From IMG/VR virus record IMGVR_UViG_3300035310_000011, positions 1 to 49,575 of that record: a stretch of DNA of 49,575 bases, one strand, 5' to 3'. Below are positions 13,765 to 23,715 of the stretch, in pieces. Position numbers and translations under genes: made by a program. This DNA comes from a virus. The first letter of the stretch is position 1. Every line of letters starts with the position of its first letter. The notes under the pieces were generated by a model. The model was given only the letters and a program-made list of their open reading frames with translations. It made no database searches and was not told where the DNA came from.

Positions 13765-16572
13765 ATGGGTTCATATGATTCAGGTCGGGCCTCCGACTTT
13801 GGAGGCATAAACATTGAGTCAAGGCGGGACAATAGCCTTAATGGTATCCGCTTTGATTCAAATAGAAATGATCCAACCTCCGCAAATGATTTTATTTTGT
13901 ATCGAGGAGCGGCAAGCTCTTTGCGGTTTTGGGATGGAACATCAGCGACTACCCTCGGCTCTGCCGGAGCGGTAGCGAACTTTAGCTTGAACGACGCTTA
14001 TGATGACGGTAGTGTAGTAACTCAAGACGCAGCCGCTGTTAGGTTGGTCGGCTCTCATGCCACGAACAATGTATTTGAAATACAATACACAGGTACTGGC
14101 ACGGGAAACATGATAGATATCCAGAATGACTCAACTGGAGTGGATGGTTTTGACATCCAAGGGACAGGCAATCTCTGGTCGGTAAGTTCAGCGGGGGCAT
14201 TGCTTGTAGCTTCGATTGCTGATGTTACAACTAATGCAACTTTGCAGGTTGATGGTAATGGTACTGGAGGAGTAAACATTGGTAGTGTATCAACTGGAGG
14301 GATTACTTTAACCACAGCAGTTACCACAACTGTTTCTGAAACTATCACTGGTACGGCAGCAACCACTGTATTCACCATTACTGCTGGTGATCAAGTCATT
14401 ACTGACGGATCGATTGCCTTGACCGATGCGGATGTTGCTGCAATGTTGAGTGTTACTTCTACAGCTGCTCTTCTTGATGCTACGGTTGGAGGAGTTGTAA
14501 CGATTGTTGCTGATAGTGTCACCACTGGACGGGTTATTGATGTAAATGCTGACGGTATTACTACTGGAACTTTACTTCATCTTGATACTTTAACAGCAGG
14601 TTTCACAGGAAATTATATCCAGTGTTTTGATGGAGCTGCTGATGATTTTACGGTCGGAGTAAACGGAGCCGTGACAATCGTAGGGGTTGCGGACACTAAT
14701 GTTCTCTCAATTACTGATGGGGATGTCGTGGTCACTCTTGGCTCTGTGTCAATCACAGACAATGACAACGCGAACAGCTTCGCGGTAACAAACAACACGG
14801 CAACAACATTATCTGTGGTAGAAATCTCGGGTTCTGGAGTATTCACAGGCACGGGAACAGGTTCCTTTATGGAGCTTAGCCCTTCTGGTCTTACTGCTGG
14901 GACGGCATTCGCAATCACAGCTGCTGGTCTCACCACAGGTAATGGTCTAGTGATTACGGCAAACGCAGCTACAACCGGCACTCTGCTTCAGCTAACCTCT
15001 ACTGGGGTAATCCTTACTACTGGGACATTACTTGATTTAATTGCTGATTCAGCAACTACATCGGGCGTATCCGCAGGAGATGGACTCGTCACGCTTTCGG
15101 CCGACGGTCTGACTACAGGTACAGCTCTTGATGTAACCTCAACTTCAGCAGTATTAACTGCTGGTGAATTGCTTAATGTTGAGCACATTGTTTCCAGTGT
15201 GCTTTTGTCTGACAAGACAGGCGAGCTGGTTGATATCACTTCTTCAAGAACCAGCACTCGTCTCTCTCTTACCACTGCTGATAACTATGATGTTGCTTCA
15301 ATCGTCAGAACGAATGTTCAGAATGGTATCGGAGGAACTCTTACTGCTGCTGGAGCTATTCTCTACCTTGAGAATATAGCTACTCAGACAGCAGGTACCC
15401 TTACAGATACCGTTAACGGTCTTGAAATTGTGATGGACACAGACGGTACTGGTCAGGCAGTTAGCATCACTCACAACTCAGCAACAGTAGCAGGTGCTGT
15501 TACAATCACAGCTAACACTATTTCTACTGGTGCGGGTATGATTATCACCGCTAACGGATTGACTACTGGGACTGGTTTGAGGATTAGTTCAACGGGTACA
15601 ATCGTAACTACTGGCGAGTTGTTGGATATTGCAGGAAACTTTGCAACAACAACCACGGGGTTAGTAAGAATTAGTGGCACTGCTTTGACCAATGGTTCAG
15701 CCATTTCTGTAACTGGTGGAGGTGCCGCTTACTTGACTGCTGGAAACTTAGTGGCAATTGACATGGGAGCAGCTACTGTGGGTAGTGGGCTTGATGTTTC
15801 TACCACAGCTGCATATACAGATGCTGGTGTTGGAGTAGTGAGTGTTATAGGAAACTTAGCAACCTCAGGAGACCTCTTAGTAATTTCTGGAACAGCCCTT
15901 ACGAGTGGCAACGCTCTTCTTGCAACAGGTGGTGGAGCAGCTATGCTTGCTACAGGTCAAGTAGTTGATGTGGTTATGGGTGCTGCTACTCTTGGTCAAG
16001 GCGTGAGAGTTGCAACGACAGGTGTATACATTGGCACTACGGGTATATTGGATGTTGATGCAACTGCGGCAACTACAGGGGTTATTGCAAGTGTTAGCGG
16101 CACGGGTCTTACGAGTGGGACGGCAATAGAGGTTCTTGCGACAGCAGCTACAATGACAGCAGGTGGTTCTTATTTGAGATGCAATGATGGTGGAGTGAAT
16201 GTCTTCGCGGTTAATGACAATGGTCATCTTGCTTCAAGAGCTACAACAGCTCCAACGATTGTTGTGACTACTGCTAATGGAATTACAGCTGCTGCGATCA
16301 CAGCAGGTTCAACAGATACGGTTGGGGTGATTACCACTACAGGTACTTCTACTGGAGGTACAGTGCTGACAATAACATACAATGCGGTGTATGCTGTGGC
16401 TCCTCGGGTGTTTATTACTCCTGTGAACGAAGCAGCTGCAGAAAATGGTGCATCTCTTGAGAATGGTGCTTATGTATCTTCAACTACTACGAGTGCATTT
16501 GCCATCACGATTACGAATGCTACAGGCGCAACACCTTCTTGGAACTTTTTGGTAGTTGAAATGGGTAGCTAA
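13765..16572 (+). CDS. 935-aa Thr/Gly/Ala/Val-rich repeat protein (probable beta-helical fibre or surface protein)
   Basis: Recurrent degenerate units such as ADGITTGTLLHLDT, AAGLTTGNGLVITA, ADGLTTGTALDVTS, ANGLTTGTGLRISS, GTALTNGSAISVTGGGAAYLTAGNLVAIDMGAATVGSGLDV and GTALTSGNALLATGGGAAMLATGQVVDVVMGAATLGQGVRV. Confidence 0.6.
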   Translation: MGSYDSGRASDFGGINIESRRDNSLNGIRFDSNRNDPTSANDFILYRGAASSLRFWDGTSATTLGSAGAVANFSLNDAYDDGSVVTQDAAAVRLVGSHATNNVFEIQYTGTGTGNMIDIQNDSTGVDGFDIQGTGNLWSVSSAGALLVASIADVTTNATLQVDGNGTGGVNIGSVSTGGITLTTAVTTTVSETITGTAATTVFTITAGDQVITDGSIALTDADVAAMLSVTSTAALLDATVGGVVTIVADSVTTGRVIDVNADGITTGTLLHLDTLTAGFTGNYIQCFDGAADDFTVGVNGAVTIVGVADTNVLSITDGDVVVTLGSVSITDNDNANSFAVTNNTATTLSVVEISGSGVFTGTGTGSFMELSPSGLTAGTAFAITAAGLTTGNGLVITANAATTGTLLQLTSTGVILTTGTLLDLIADSATTSGVSAGDGLVTLSADGLTTGTALDVTSTSAVLTAGELLNVEHIVSSVLLSDKTGELVDITSSRTSTRLSLTTADNYDVASIVRTNVQNGIGGTLTAAGAILYLENIATQTAGTLTDTVNGLEIVMDTDGTGQAVSITHNSATVAGAVTITANTISTGAGMIITANGLTTGTGLRISSTGTIVTTGELLDIAGNFATTTTGLVRISGTALTNGSAISVTGGGAAYLTAGNLVAIDMGAATVGSGLDVSTTAAYTDAGVGVVSVIGNLATSGDLLVISGTALTSGNALLATGGGAAMLATGQVVDVVMGAATLGQGVRVATTGVYIGTTGILDVDATAATTGVIASVSGTGLTSGTAIEVLATAATMTAGGSYLRCNDGGVNVFAVNDNGHLASRATTAPTIVVTTANGITAAAITAGSTDTVGVITTTGTSTGGTVLTITYNAVYAVAPRVFITPVNEAAAENGASLENGAYVSSTTTSAFAITITNATGATPSWNFLVVEMGS

Positions 16573-16606
16573 TAGAAAAGTCAATAATTAAAAATTAACT
16601 ATTGAA

Positions 16607-16674
16607 CTTTCACTCTCTCCCTCTCGGCCCCCAGTCGGGATCACCAAATCGAGGGAGAGAGGAATGAAAGTTTT
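16607..16674 (+). terminator. Rho-independent terminator-like hairpin after the 935-aa gene
   Basis: ctttcactctctccctc ... gagggagagaggaatgaaag followed by tttt. Confidence 0.6.
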
Positions 16675-16680
16675 AAAAAA

Positions 16681-17265
16681 ATGACAACACGATTACATAA
16701 CTTAAATATCCCCTTTACTTTTAGGTTTGATGTCACGACATCTGGGACCCCCGAACAGTTAAGAGTAAAAAGACGAGCCGCTACTATCGCATTCGTTGCG
16801 GCATCTGCAGGAAATAGTCCGGCTATCACGGATAGCGGTAATCTATTCCTTGTTGCCGGTTTTGAGGTGGGAGATCAGATTGTAGTGACGGGAGCAACAA
16901 ACGGGGCAAACAACGCGACTTTTGAGGTTATTGCGGTAGTGGCAGGAACGCTTACTTTACATTCACGGCATGCGGCAACGATCGTTACCGAGGGAGCGGC
17001 GGCTACCGTGACGATTGTGGCGGGGAAAGCTGTTCCGGATGGTATTTCTGTGGCTATAAAGGCATTTAACGCAAATGGGGGAGTTATCAGCTTATCAAAC
17101 AGCTCCGCAAGAGCGCTCAATACGGCGGCCAGCAGTTTCCGACTACGGAATAACGAGTCGATTGACTTGCAGGTTAATAATACGGAAAATGCTTGGATAG
17201 ATTCATCTGTCAGCGGAGAAAGTGTCGAAGTTTCGTTTGAGAAGAATATTGCACCAACAGTATAA
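16681..17265 (+). CDS. Hypothetical structural-module protein (194 aa)
   Basis: Ala/Thr/Val-rich ORF in the structural module. Confidence 0.6.
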   Translation: MTTRLHNLNIPFTFRFDVTTSGTPEQLRVKRRAATIAFVAASAGNSPAITDSGNLFLVAGFEVGDQIVVTGATNGANNATFEVIAVVAGTLTLHSRHAATIVTEGAAATVTIVAGKAVPDGISVAIKAFNANGGVISLSNSSARALNTAASSFRLRNNESIDLQVNNTENAWIDSSVSGESVEVSFEKNIAPTV

Positions 17266-17277
17266 TAAAAATATAAT

Positions 17278-18525
17278 ATGGCAAACTTTAAACCAAACTT
17301 CGAAAACATCGGAGCTGGCGGAGAACTAAATGCGGCAGAGGAGGCAGTTGTGCAGGGATTAAATGCATTAGCTACTTCTCCAGCTGGTCAATTTATACGA
17401 AAAACTAGCGTGAGTGAGTTTGTTAATGCGACTCCTTCTGATGTTGCCTCTCTTGCAGGCCTTACTGATGTTACTATTACTTTGCCAGTTAACACGAATA
17501 TACTGAAGTATAATGGTATAAGATGGGTTAATACAGTAGATGAAGGCATCATTTCTCTAGGGGGTTTAAGGGGTCTAGTTCAAACATTTGCTAACGATAC
17601 AAATGTAACAATAAGTTCCGTAGGTACGGTGCATACATTGGGTTGGACCGGGATATTATCTGTAGCTCGTGGCGGAACAGCGCTTGCTTCTGGGACGTCA
17701 GGGGGGATACTTGGGTATACCGCAACGGGAACTTTAGCCTCTTCTATATTGCTTACCGCAAATGCTCTGGTTTTAGGAGGAGGAGCCGGTGCAACGCCAA
17801 CTCCTCTAGGTTCCTTGGGAACTACGACAACTGTTCTTCACGGGAATGCCGCTGGAGCGCCAACATTCTCTGCCGTATCTTTGACTGCTGATGTTTCTGG
17901 CATTCTTCCAACAGCTAGTGGAGGTACTGGCATTGCTTTCTTTACCGCTGCAGGACCGACGATAGCCAGGATTTACACATTCCCAGATGCTGCCGCAACA
18001 ATAGCAGTAAGGGCCGATAACCTATCGGTATTCGCCAGCACAACCTCGTTGCAACTCTTAGGAGTGATATCAGATGAAACGGGCACGGGAGTATTGGTGT
18101 TCGGAACCTCTCCAACATTCACCACTCAGATCACTACTCCTTCTATTATTACTGCTGCAGGCGCTTTAGGCATTACGCCAGCATCGGGAAGCAATCTTAA
18201 TGTAACTCTTGCCACCACAGGCGACTTTGCTGTGAACACCAACCAACTTTATGTAGATACTTCCGCCGGCAACGTCGGCATCGGGACGACTACATTCGGC
18301 ACATCAGCGGTAACAGTCTTCTCTATTGCAAATGGCACGGCTCCCACCACAGGTCCAGCGGACACAGTTCAATTTTTTTCAACAGATGATGCTGCGGCAA
18401 ATACAATCCCAAGTTTCTTTTGCGAGGGAACAAATGTGCTTGCCACGGGACAGGCGGATTCCGTTTCCTCTGTGAGAGTAAAAATGAGGATAAATGGCAC
18501 AGTGGTAACATTATTAGCGGTATAA
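17278..18525 (+). CDS. Tail fibre protein, paralogue 1 (415 aa)
   Basis: The N-terminal ~130 aa are clearly homologous to the 19074 gene (MANFKPNFENIGAGGELNAAEEAVVQGLNALATSPAGQFIRKT vs MAQFTPNLEYIGAGGELTTAEEALVQAFNSLANSPAGQFIRKT). The C-terminus diverges and is Gly/Thr/Ala-rich. Confidence 0.65.
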   Translation: MANFKPNFENIGAGGELNAAEEAVVQGLNALATSPAGQFIRKTSVSEFVNATPSDVASLAGLTDVTITLPVNTNILKYNGIRWVNTVDEGIISLGGLRGLVQTFANDTNVTISSVGTVHTLGWTGILSVARGGTALASGTSGGILGYTATGTLASSILLTANALVLGGGAGATPTPLGSLGTTTTVLHGNAAGAPTFSAVSLTADVSGILPTASGGTGIAFFTAAGPTIARIYTFPDAAATIAVRADNLSVFASTTSLQLLGVISDETGTGVLVFGTSPTFTTQITTPSIITAAGALGITPASGSNLNVTLATTGDFAVNTNQLYVDTSAGNVGIGTTTFGTSAVTVFSIANGTAPTTGPADTVQFFSTDDAAANTIPSFFCEGTNVLATGQADSVSSVRVKMRINGTVVTLLAV

Positions 18526-18568
18526 AAGTTATAAATTAAAAATAAACAAAACGTAAAATAAATTAACC

Positions 18569-19072
18569 ATGTCTCTCATACCAAATACAAATAGTGAGGT
18601 GAAACAAGCACAAGCGCGTATCGATCTCAATCAAGAATTTCTTGCTTTGCAAAAACAGAGAGCGTCTCTTCTGAATGAAATTGAGATAATTCGTAAAGAG
18701 TTAGATGAGCTTTTTTCCAGAAGAGATAGTGTTAAAAATGAACACGATTCTCTTTGGGAAAAGTTGGGCGAGACGAAGGGCGCGATGGCTAAACTAGAGG
18801 AGGAATACTTTGTTGCTTTGAGAAATAATGTTGAGTTGGTGCAGGAAGAAGTTACTCGGGCACGTTATGTATACGAAGAAGTTTTAGGTCGGGTCGAGAA
18901 AGAAGAAAAAGAACTTGCAAAAGTAAGGACTGAAGTATCAGAGGAACTGAATAGGGTTTCGGCAAGGGAAAAGTTTTTAGACAGAAAGGAGGGCGACTTA
19001 AAGATTTATGAAGAACGTGTAAAATCAAAATTTAAGGAAATATTTCCAAAAGACGAAATGAAATTCGTTTAA
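18569..19072 (+). CDS. Coiled-coil protein (167 aa) between the two fibre paralogues; possible fibre assembly or connector protein
   Basis: Heptad-like, charged E/K/L-rich sequence throughout. Confidence 0.5.
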   Translation: MSLIPNTNSEVKQAQARIDLNQEFLALQKQRASLLNEIEIIRKELDELFSRRDSVKNEHDSLWEKLGETKGAMAKLEEEYFVALRNNVELVQEEVTRARYVYEEVLGRVEKEEKELAKVRTEVSEELNRVSAREKFLDRKEGDLKIYEERVKSKFKEIFPKDEMKFV

Positions 19073-19073
19073 T

Positions 19074-20915
19074 ATGGCACAATTTACTCCAAATTTAGAA
19101 TACATAGGAGCAGGTGGTGAATTAACTACCGCGGAAGAGGCTCTCGTTCAGGCATTTAATTCTCTTGCCAACTCGCCAGCCGGTCAATTTATAAGGAAAA
19201 CCGGAGCTTCTGCTTTTGAAAACTCGACTCCGGGCATCGGTTCTTTCGCTATTAACGACTTAAACGATGTCATTATTAGTTCTCCGCTAAACTCTCAAGT
19301 TTTACAATATAATGGAACAAATTGGGTCAATACTAACAATGTCGCAGATGGGATAACTTCTCTTGGAGGATTGACCAGCGCGATACAAACATTTGTTAAC
19401 GATACAAATGTAACTATTAGTTCGGCGGGTGCAGCTCATACTCTTGGTTGGAGTAGTACGCTTTCTTTGGCGCGAGGTGGGACTGCGGCTGCTTTAACGG
19501 CTTCTAATGGGGGTATTTTTTACTCAACAGCCACGGCAGGAGCAATACTTGCAGGTACTGCCACGGCAGGCCAGATTCTTCGTTCTGGGGCTTCCGCGGC
19601 TCCCGCGTGGTCAACGGCTACCTATCCGGCAACGGCGGGAATTACTGCCGGTATGTTTCTTCGGTCTGATGGAACGAATTTTGGCAATTCAACCCTTGTG
19701 CTTCCTAATGCCGCCGCGATAAGCACCCTTCTTTATGCGTCGTCGGCAGATACTATTTCGGCTTTAGCAACAGCCAATAGTGGGGTTTTGGTTACGGGAG
19801 GGACCGGCATCCCAAGCATTGCCACAGACATTCCGACGGCAGTAACCATTGGCGGAGCATTCATTTATAGGGTTGGTGGTACCGATGTTTCCCTTGCAGA
19901 CGGGGGAACAAATGCCTCTCTGACTGCCTCTAATGGTGGGATATTCTACTCTACCGCTACTGCGGGAGCGATACTTGCAGGCACAGCGACTGCTGGGCAA
20001 ATGCTTCAGTCTGGTGTGACAGCAGCGCCTATTTGGAGTACATCAACATACCCTGCTACAAACGCCATAAACACTTTGTTATTTGCCTCATCTGCTAATG
20101 TAATGGCGGCGTTGGCTACGGCTAATAGCGCAGTTCTTGTAACAAGTTCTACCGGGGTGCCTTCTTTGCTTGGCTCAATGACAAGTGGGCAGCTTGTTGT
20201 CGGATCAACGGGTGCAACCCCTGTGCTCGCTACTCTTACCGGCACTGCTCCTGTTACGATTACTAACGGCGCAGGGACAATAACAGTTGCCGCAAGTGCT
20301 GCGTCCGATACGGCTTCAGGTGTTGTGGAGTTAGCTACAATAGCAGAAACAAATACGGGGACAGATACGGTAAGGGCCGTGACTCCAGATGGAATTTCGG
20401 GAGCAACAAGAACTATTATTTTATCTGCAGCGGGAGGTTGGCCTCCAACAACCGCGGGTTCAAGCGCCGTAACGCAGGTTCAATACGCGACAAACTTGCA
20501 GAACCTACAGCATTTAGATTTTGACGCAGCGACAAGAGAGAACGCCCAATGGACACTTGTCATGCCCGATAGTTGGGACGCGGGAACTATCACGGCAACT
20601 TTTTACTGGACATCTGGGGCGACAAGCGGAGATGTGATTTGGGGAATTGAGGGAAGGTCTTATGGAGATAACGAAGCCGTAGACGCTACTTGGGGGACCG
20701 CGCAAACAGTAACGGATACGGCAACAGCTGTAGCTAGTTCTGTGAGAATATCCGCGGCAACAGCGGCAGTTACTTTAGCGGGAACTCCAGCAGGCAGTGA
20801 AGCAGTGCAAATAAGAATTTTCCGAGACGCAGCCGCAGTGGGAGATACTATGGCGGGAGACGCTCGTCTTATAGCAATAAAAATAGAGTACGTTATATCG
20901 TCGTATTCGGACTAA
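19074..20915 (+). CDS. Tail fibre protein, paralogue 2 (613 aa) with an internal duplication of about 100 aa
   Basis: Shared N-terminus with the 17278 gene. Internal repeat GGTAAALTASNGGIFYSTATAGAILAGTATAGQILRSGASAAPAWSTATYPAT vs GGTNASLTASNGGIFYSTATAGAILAGTATAGQMLQSGVTAAPIWSTSTYPAT. Confidence 0.65.
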   Translation: MAQFTPNLEYIGAGGELTTAEEALVQAFNSLANSPAGQFIRKTGASAFENSTPGIGSFAINDLNDVIISSPLNSQVLQYNGTNWVNTNNVADGITSLGGLTSAIQTFVNDTNVTISSAGAAHTLGWSSTLSLARGGTAAALTASNGGIFYSTATAGAILAGTATAGQILRSGASAAPAWSTATYPATAGITAGMFLRSDGTNFGNSTLVLPNAAAISTLLYASSADTISALATANSGVLVTGGTGIPSIATDIPTAVTIGGAFIYRVGGTDVSLADGGTNASLTASNGGIFYSTATAGAILAGTATAGQMLQSGVTAAPIWSTSTYPATNAINTLLFASSANVMAALATANSAVLVTSSTGVPSLLGSMTSGQLVVGSTGATPVLATLTGTAPVTITNGAGTITVAASAASDTASGVVELATIAETNTGTDTVRAVTPDGISGATRTIILSAAGGWPPTTAGSSAVTQVQYATNLQNLQHLDFDAATRENAQWTLVMPDSWDAGTITATFYWTSGATSGDVIWGIEGRSYGDNEAVDATWGTAQTVTDTATAVASSVRISAATAAVTLAGTPAGSEAVQIRIFRDAAAVGDTMAGDARLIAIKIEYVISSYSD

Positions 20916-21199
20916 TGGAAAAATATTATCCACCATTTCATATATCAAGCATCCAAGAATTTGATGATAAGACTTTGGTAAAAGTTCAGTTTTACGAAAT
21001 AGATAGAGTAAAGTTTAACGATAACTTGACGCTAAAAGATAGAGGCGGTGAAAAGTTAGAGAGAATGAATGCGGCTTCGGGAGGTACTTTGAAAAGCATA
21101 GAGATATTTACACTTCCGAAAATGAATGCGGAAGAAGCGATGGCGGAAGTTTATAGGCAGATAGAACAGGCAAATAGAAGTAAAAAAGTAATCGTATGA
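20915..21199 (+). CDS. Hypothetical protein (94 aa)
   Basis: ORF whose start overlaps the fibre gene stop. Confidence 0.6.
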   Translation: MEKYYPPFHISSIQEFDDKTLVKVQFYEIDRVKFNDNLTLKDRGGEKLERMNAASGGTLKSIEIFTLPKMNAEEAMAEVYRQIEQANRSKKVIV

Positions 21200-22245
21200 A
21201 AGAAATCAACGGACAGATAGATATGCTGGACTTTCAGTATGTTTACCGTTTGAGAAAAGAAGAACCCGTTTTGGCAACGCCTTGCCCAAGAAAGAAAGGA
21301 AGAATACATCCCCAAACTACACGATTTTTGTGGAGAAACGGCCAGATGACGGATGTAGTACATATAAAACCTATTTACTATGAGGCGTATGACGGTAAGT
21401 GGTACCCAATGTCTGATGTAGCTTATGGGTTTGGAAATAGGTGGATTCAGCTTAAGGAAGACGCAATGGACAAAATGACACCTCGGTACCTTCAATGGCT
21501 GATGAAGCGAATGGAATTATTGAAAGGAAACATATCCATTCCCTTCCCCTATGTGGGAGTTCAGCCGAGGCAAATGTTGTTTAATGTTGTAACGACAGTA
21601 TTTCCCGACCCAGATCCTGAAACGACAACAGTAGATGGAAGAAGCGGTAAAAGTAACAGCGGTGATTGGCCAACTACAAGAAATGCGACTATTGGACAAG
21701 ACGCGGATACTGTGAATGATTTAACCGCGGGGGCGGGCTTTGAAACACCTAATTATAGAATTTTTAGAGTATTTGCTCTTTTTAATACCGCGCCTATTCC
21801 CGATGCGGATACCATCGATTCCGCGGTAATATCTTTTAAATTCAAAGGTGCCGCGCCTAATGGAGATTCTGACCCTGGATATGTAGTTTCTTCTAGTCCA
21901 GCAACTAACACAGATATTATAACGGAAGATTACGATCAAGTTGGTTCAGTATCATTCGGAACATCTCCTTTTGCGGCGGCAGATGCTTATATAGATACTA
22001 CGCTTAACGCGGATGGTTTAGTGAATATCACAAAAACAGGTGTTTCTAAATTCGGGGTAAGAGGAGATTTTGATTTCAATAATAGTACGCCTACTTTGGG
22101 ATTAAGTGGTTGGAACGCTTATATGGCGGAAACAGCCGATACTGTAAGCGACCCGAAGTTAGCAGTTACGCATAGCGTGGTGGTGGCGGCCGATAATCGT
22201 TCTCCATCGGGAGGAGCGGCTTACGGAAATCCCGCGTTTTATTAA
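21196..22245 (+). CDS. Hypothetical structural-module protein (349 aa)
   Basis: ATGA start/stop overlap with the upstream gene. Confidence 0.65.
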   Translation: MKEINGQIDMLDFQYVYRLRKEEPVLATPCPRKKGRIHPQTTRFLWRNGQMTDVVHIKPIYYEAYDGKWYPMSDVAYGFGNRWIQLKEDAMDKMTPRYLQWLMKRMELLKGNISIPFPYVGVQPRQMLFNVVTTVFPDPDPETTTVDGRSGKSNSGDWPTTRNATIGQDADTVNDLTAGAGFETPNYRIFRVFALFNTAPIPDADTIDSAVISFKFKGAAPNGDSDPGYVVSSSPATNTDIITEDYDQVGSVSFGTSPFAAADAYIDTTLNADGLVNITKTGVSKFGVRGDFDFNNSTPTLGLSGWNAYMAETADTVSDPKLAVTHSVVVAADNRSPSGGAAYGNPAFY

Positions 22246-22255
22246 ATAAAAATTT

Positions 22256-23713
22256 ATGCCAATAAGACGAATACATGCAGATTTATCAGAGCTTCGCGCG
22301 GGAGCGCGACAATATGTTCTTGACGCTGACGCAGCGGCCGGCGCTACTTCGGTTACCGTAAGAAGCATAATTGGAGCTGCGGTGAATAGAATACTTCTCT
22401 TTCGTGAGTTTGGGAATGAGGCTTCGGAAATAATCGCAACTCATGCTGTTACCACTCCTTCGGGAAATACCATTACGCTTGTAGCCGCTGGTCTTGTTGA
22501 GGCTCATCCGGCCGGAACAGTTATCTACGAGATTCCCGCTAATCAGATTCGTTTCTACCGTTCAGCAACCGAAGATGACGCTAACAGTAGCGACACGGGC
22601 CTTACTGCTCTCGCGGCCGCTGCAAATATTGATCCTACGACGATCAGAAATTACTACGATGATACGGTTCAGACAAGCGGATTTTACTATTATCGGTTCA
22701 TTGATAGTATCAATAGCGTAAACTTACTTTACTCTGATCCTATTCCATGGGGGCAAATTCAGGTTGAGTTTGAGGATGATGAGGTTGGGTTCGTAATAGA
22801 GTTTATAAGAAATAAGCTCGGTCACGAATGGGACGATAGGTTTAGTAAGCAACGAGCCATTGATGAAATAAATGCTTGTTTGCGATACATTCAAAACCAA
22901 TTTAAGAAGTGGAAAAGATATCTTACTCCAGATTTTGCCCTTGGACAAACTTCCCGAGGAGTATTTGACTTCGCGCTTCCAGCAGATATTTATGACAACC
23001 AAACAAATCGTTCTATTTTACAGGTTCGTCTTGGGGCCATTGCTCAACCGCTTATCTATAAAGACGAGAAAGAGATGGACGCGATTATGGCTGACGTGAA
23101 AAGAACTACGGTAAGAACAGCCGCCGTGGTTGGCGCGACAACTTTAGCAATTACGAATTCTTATGATTTTGACGCAAGTGGAACGGTCAACGTAATGTCC
23201 GCGAATGTCGTTGACGCTATTACCTATACGGGAGTTACCCGATCCGCTACTGTCGGCGTATTGACTGGAGTACCAGCCACGGGAGCGGGAGCTATTGGAG
23301 CGGCACATGCCGTTGGGATTAACGTATGGCAGGGGGAAGAAGAGGGACAGCCGGTATATTGGAATGTTAGAAATGGTAGGCTGAGATTCTATCCCTTGTC
23401 GGACTCGGATCATATCAATAAGAATGTTGTTATAGATTATTATACAGAGGCAACAGTAGTAAATTCTGAATCAGACACAATAGATGCTCTTAGGCATGAC
23501 ATGATTGTCAACTGGCTTTTATGGCAGGGTAAAGCATATTGGAGAAATAATGGCAACGCGAGCCTTGATGATGCTGACTTTAAGCTCTTTCTTGACGCGT
23601 TAAAAACAGAAAAAAGAACAGCGCCGAGCGGAGAGAAGTTTAGGTGGCATCCTAAGGTCAATACTATTTCTTACAAACCATTAAGAGGAGATAGAAGATT
23701 TGATTATACATAA
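22256..23713 (+). CDS. Hypothetical structural-module protein (485 aa)
   Basis: Long ORF, tightly packed. Confidence 0.7.
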   Translation: MPIRRIHADLSELRAGARQYVLDADAAAGATSVTVRSIIGAAVNRILLFREFGNEASEIIATHAVTTPSGNTITLVAAGLVEAHPAGTVIYEIPANQIRFYRSATEDDANSSDTGLTALAAAANIDPTTIRNYYDDTVQTSGFYYYRFIDSINSVNLLYSDPIPWGQIQVEFEDDEVGFVIEFIRNKLGHEWDDRFSKQRAIDEINACLRYIQNQFKKWKRYLTPDFALGQTSRGVFDFALPADIYDNQTNRSILQVRLGAIAQPLIYKDEKEMDAIMADVKRTTVRTAAVVGATTLAITNSYDFDASGTVNVMSANVVDAITYTGVTRSATVGVLTGVPATGAGAIGAAHAVGINVWQGEEEGQPVYWNVRNGRLRFYPLSDSDHINKNVVIDYYTEATVVNSESDTIDALRHDMIVNWLLWQGKAYWRNNGNASLDDADFKLFLDALKTEKRTAPSGEKFRWHPKVNTISYKPLRGDRRFDYT

Positions 23714-23715
23714 AC

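Noticed and set aside
14055-16227. Multiple minus-strand ORFs (60-122 aa) inside the 935-aa repeat gene
   Set aside because: The Thr/Gly/Ala/Val codon bias of the sense strand removes stops from the antisense frames. They tile without start context and look like shadow ORFs.
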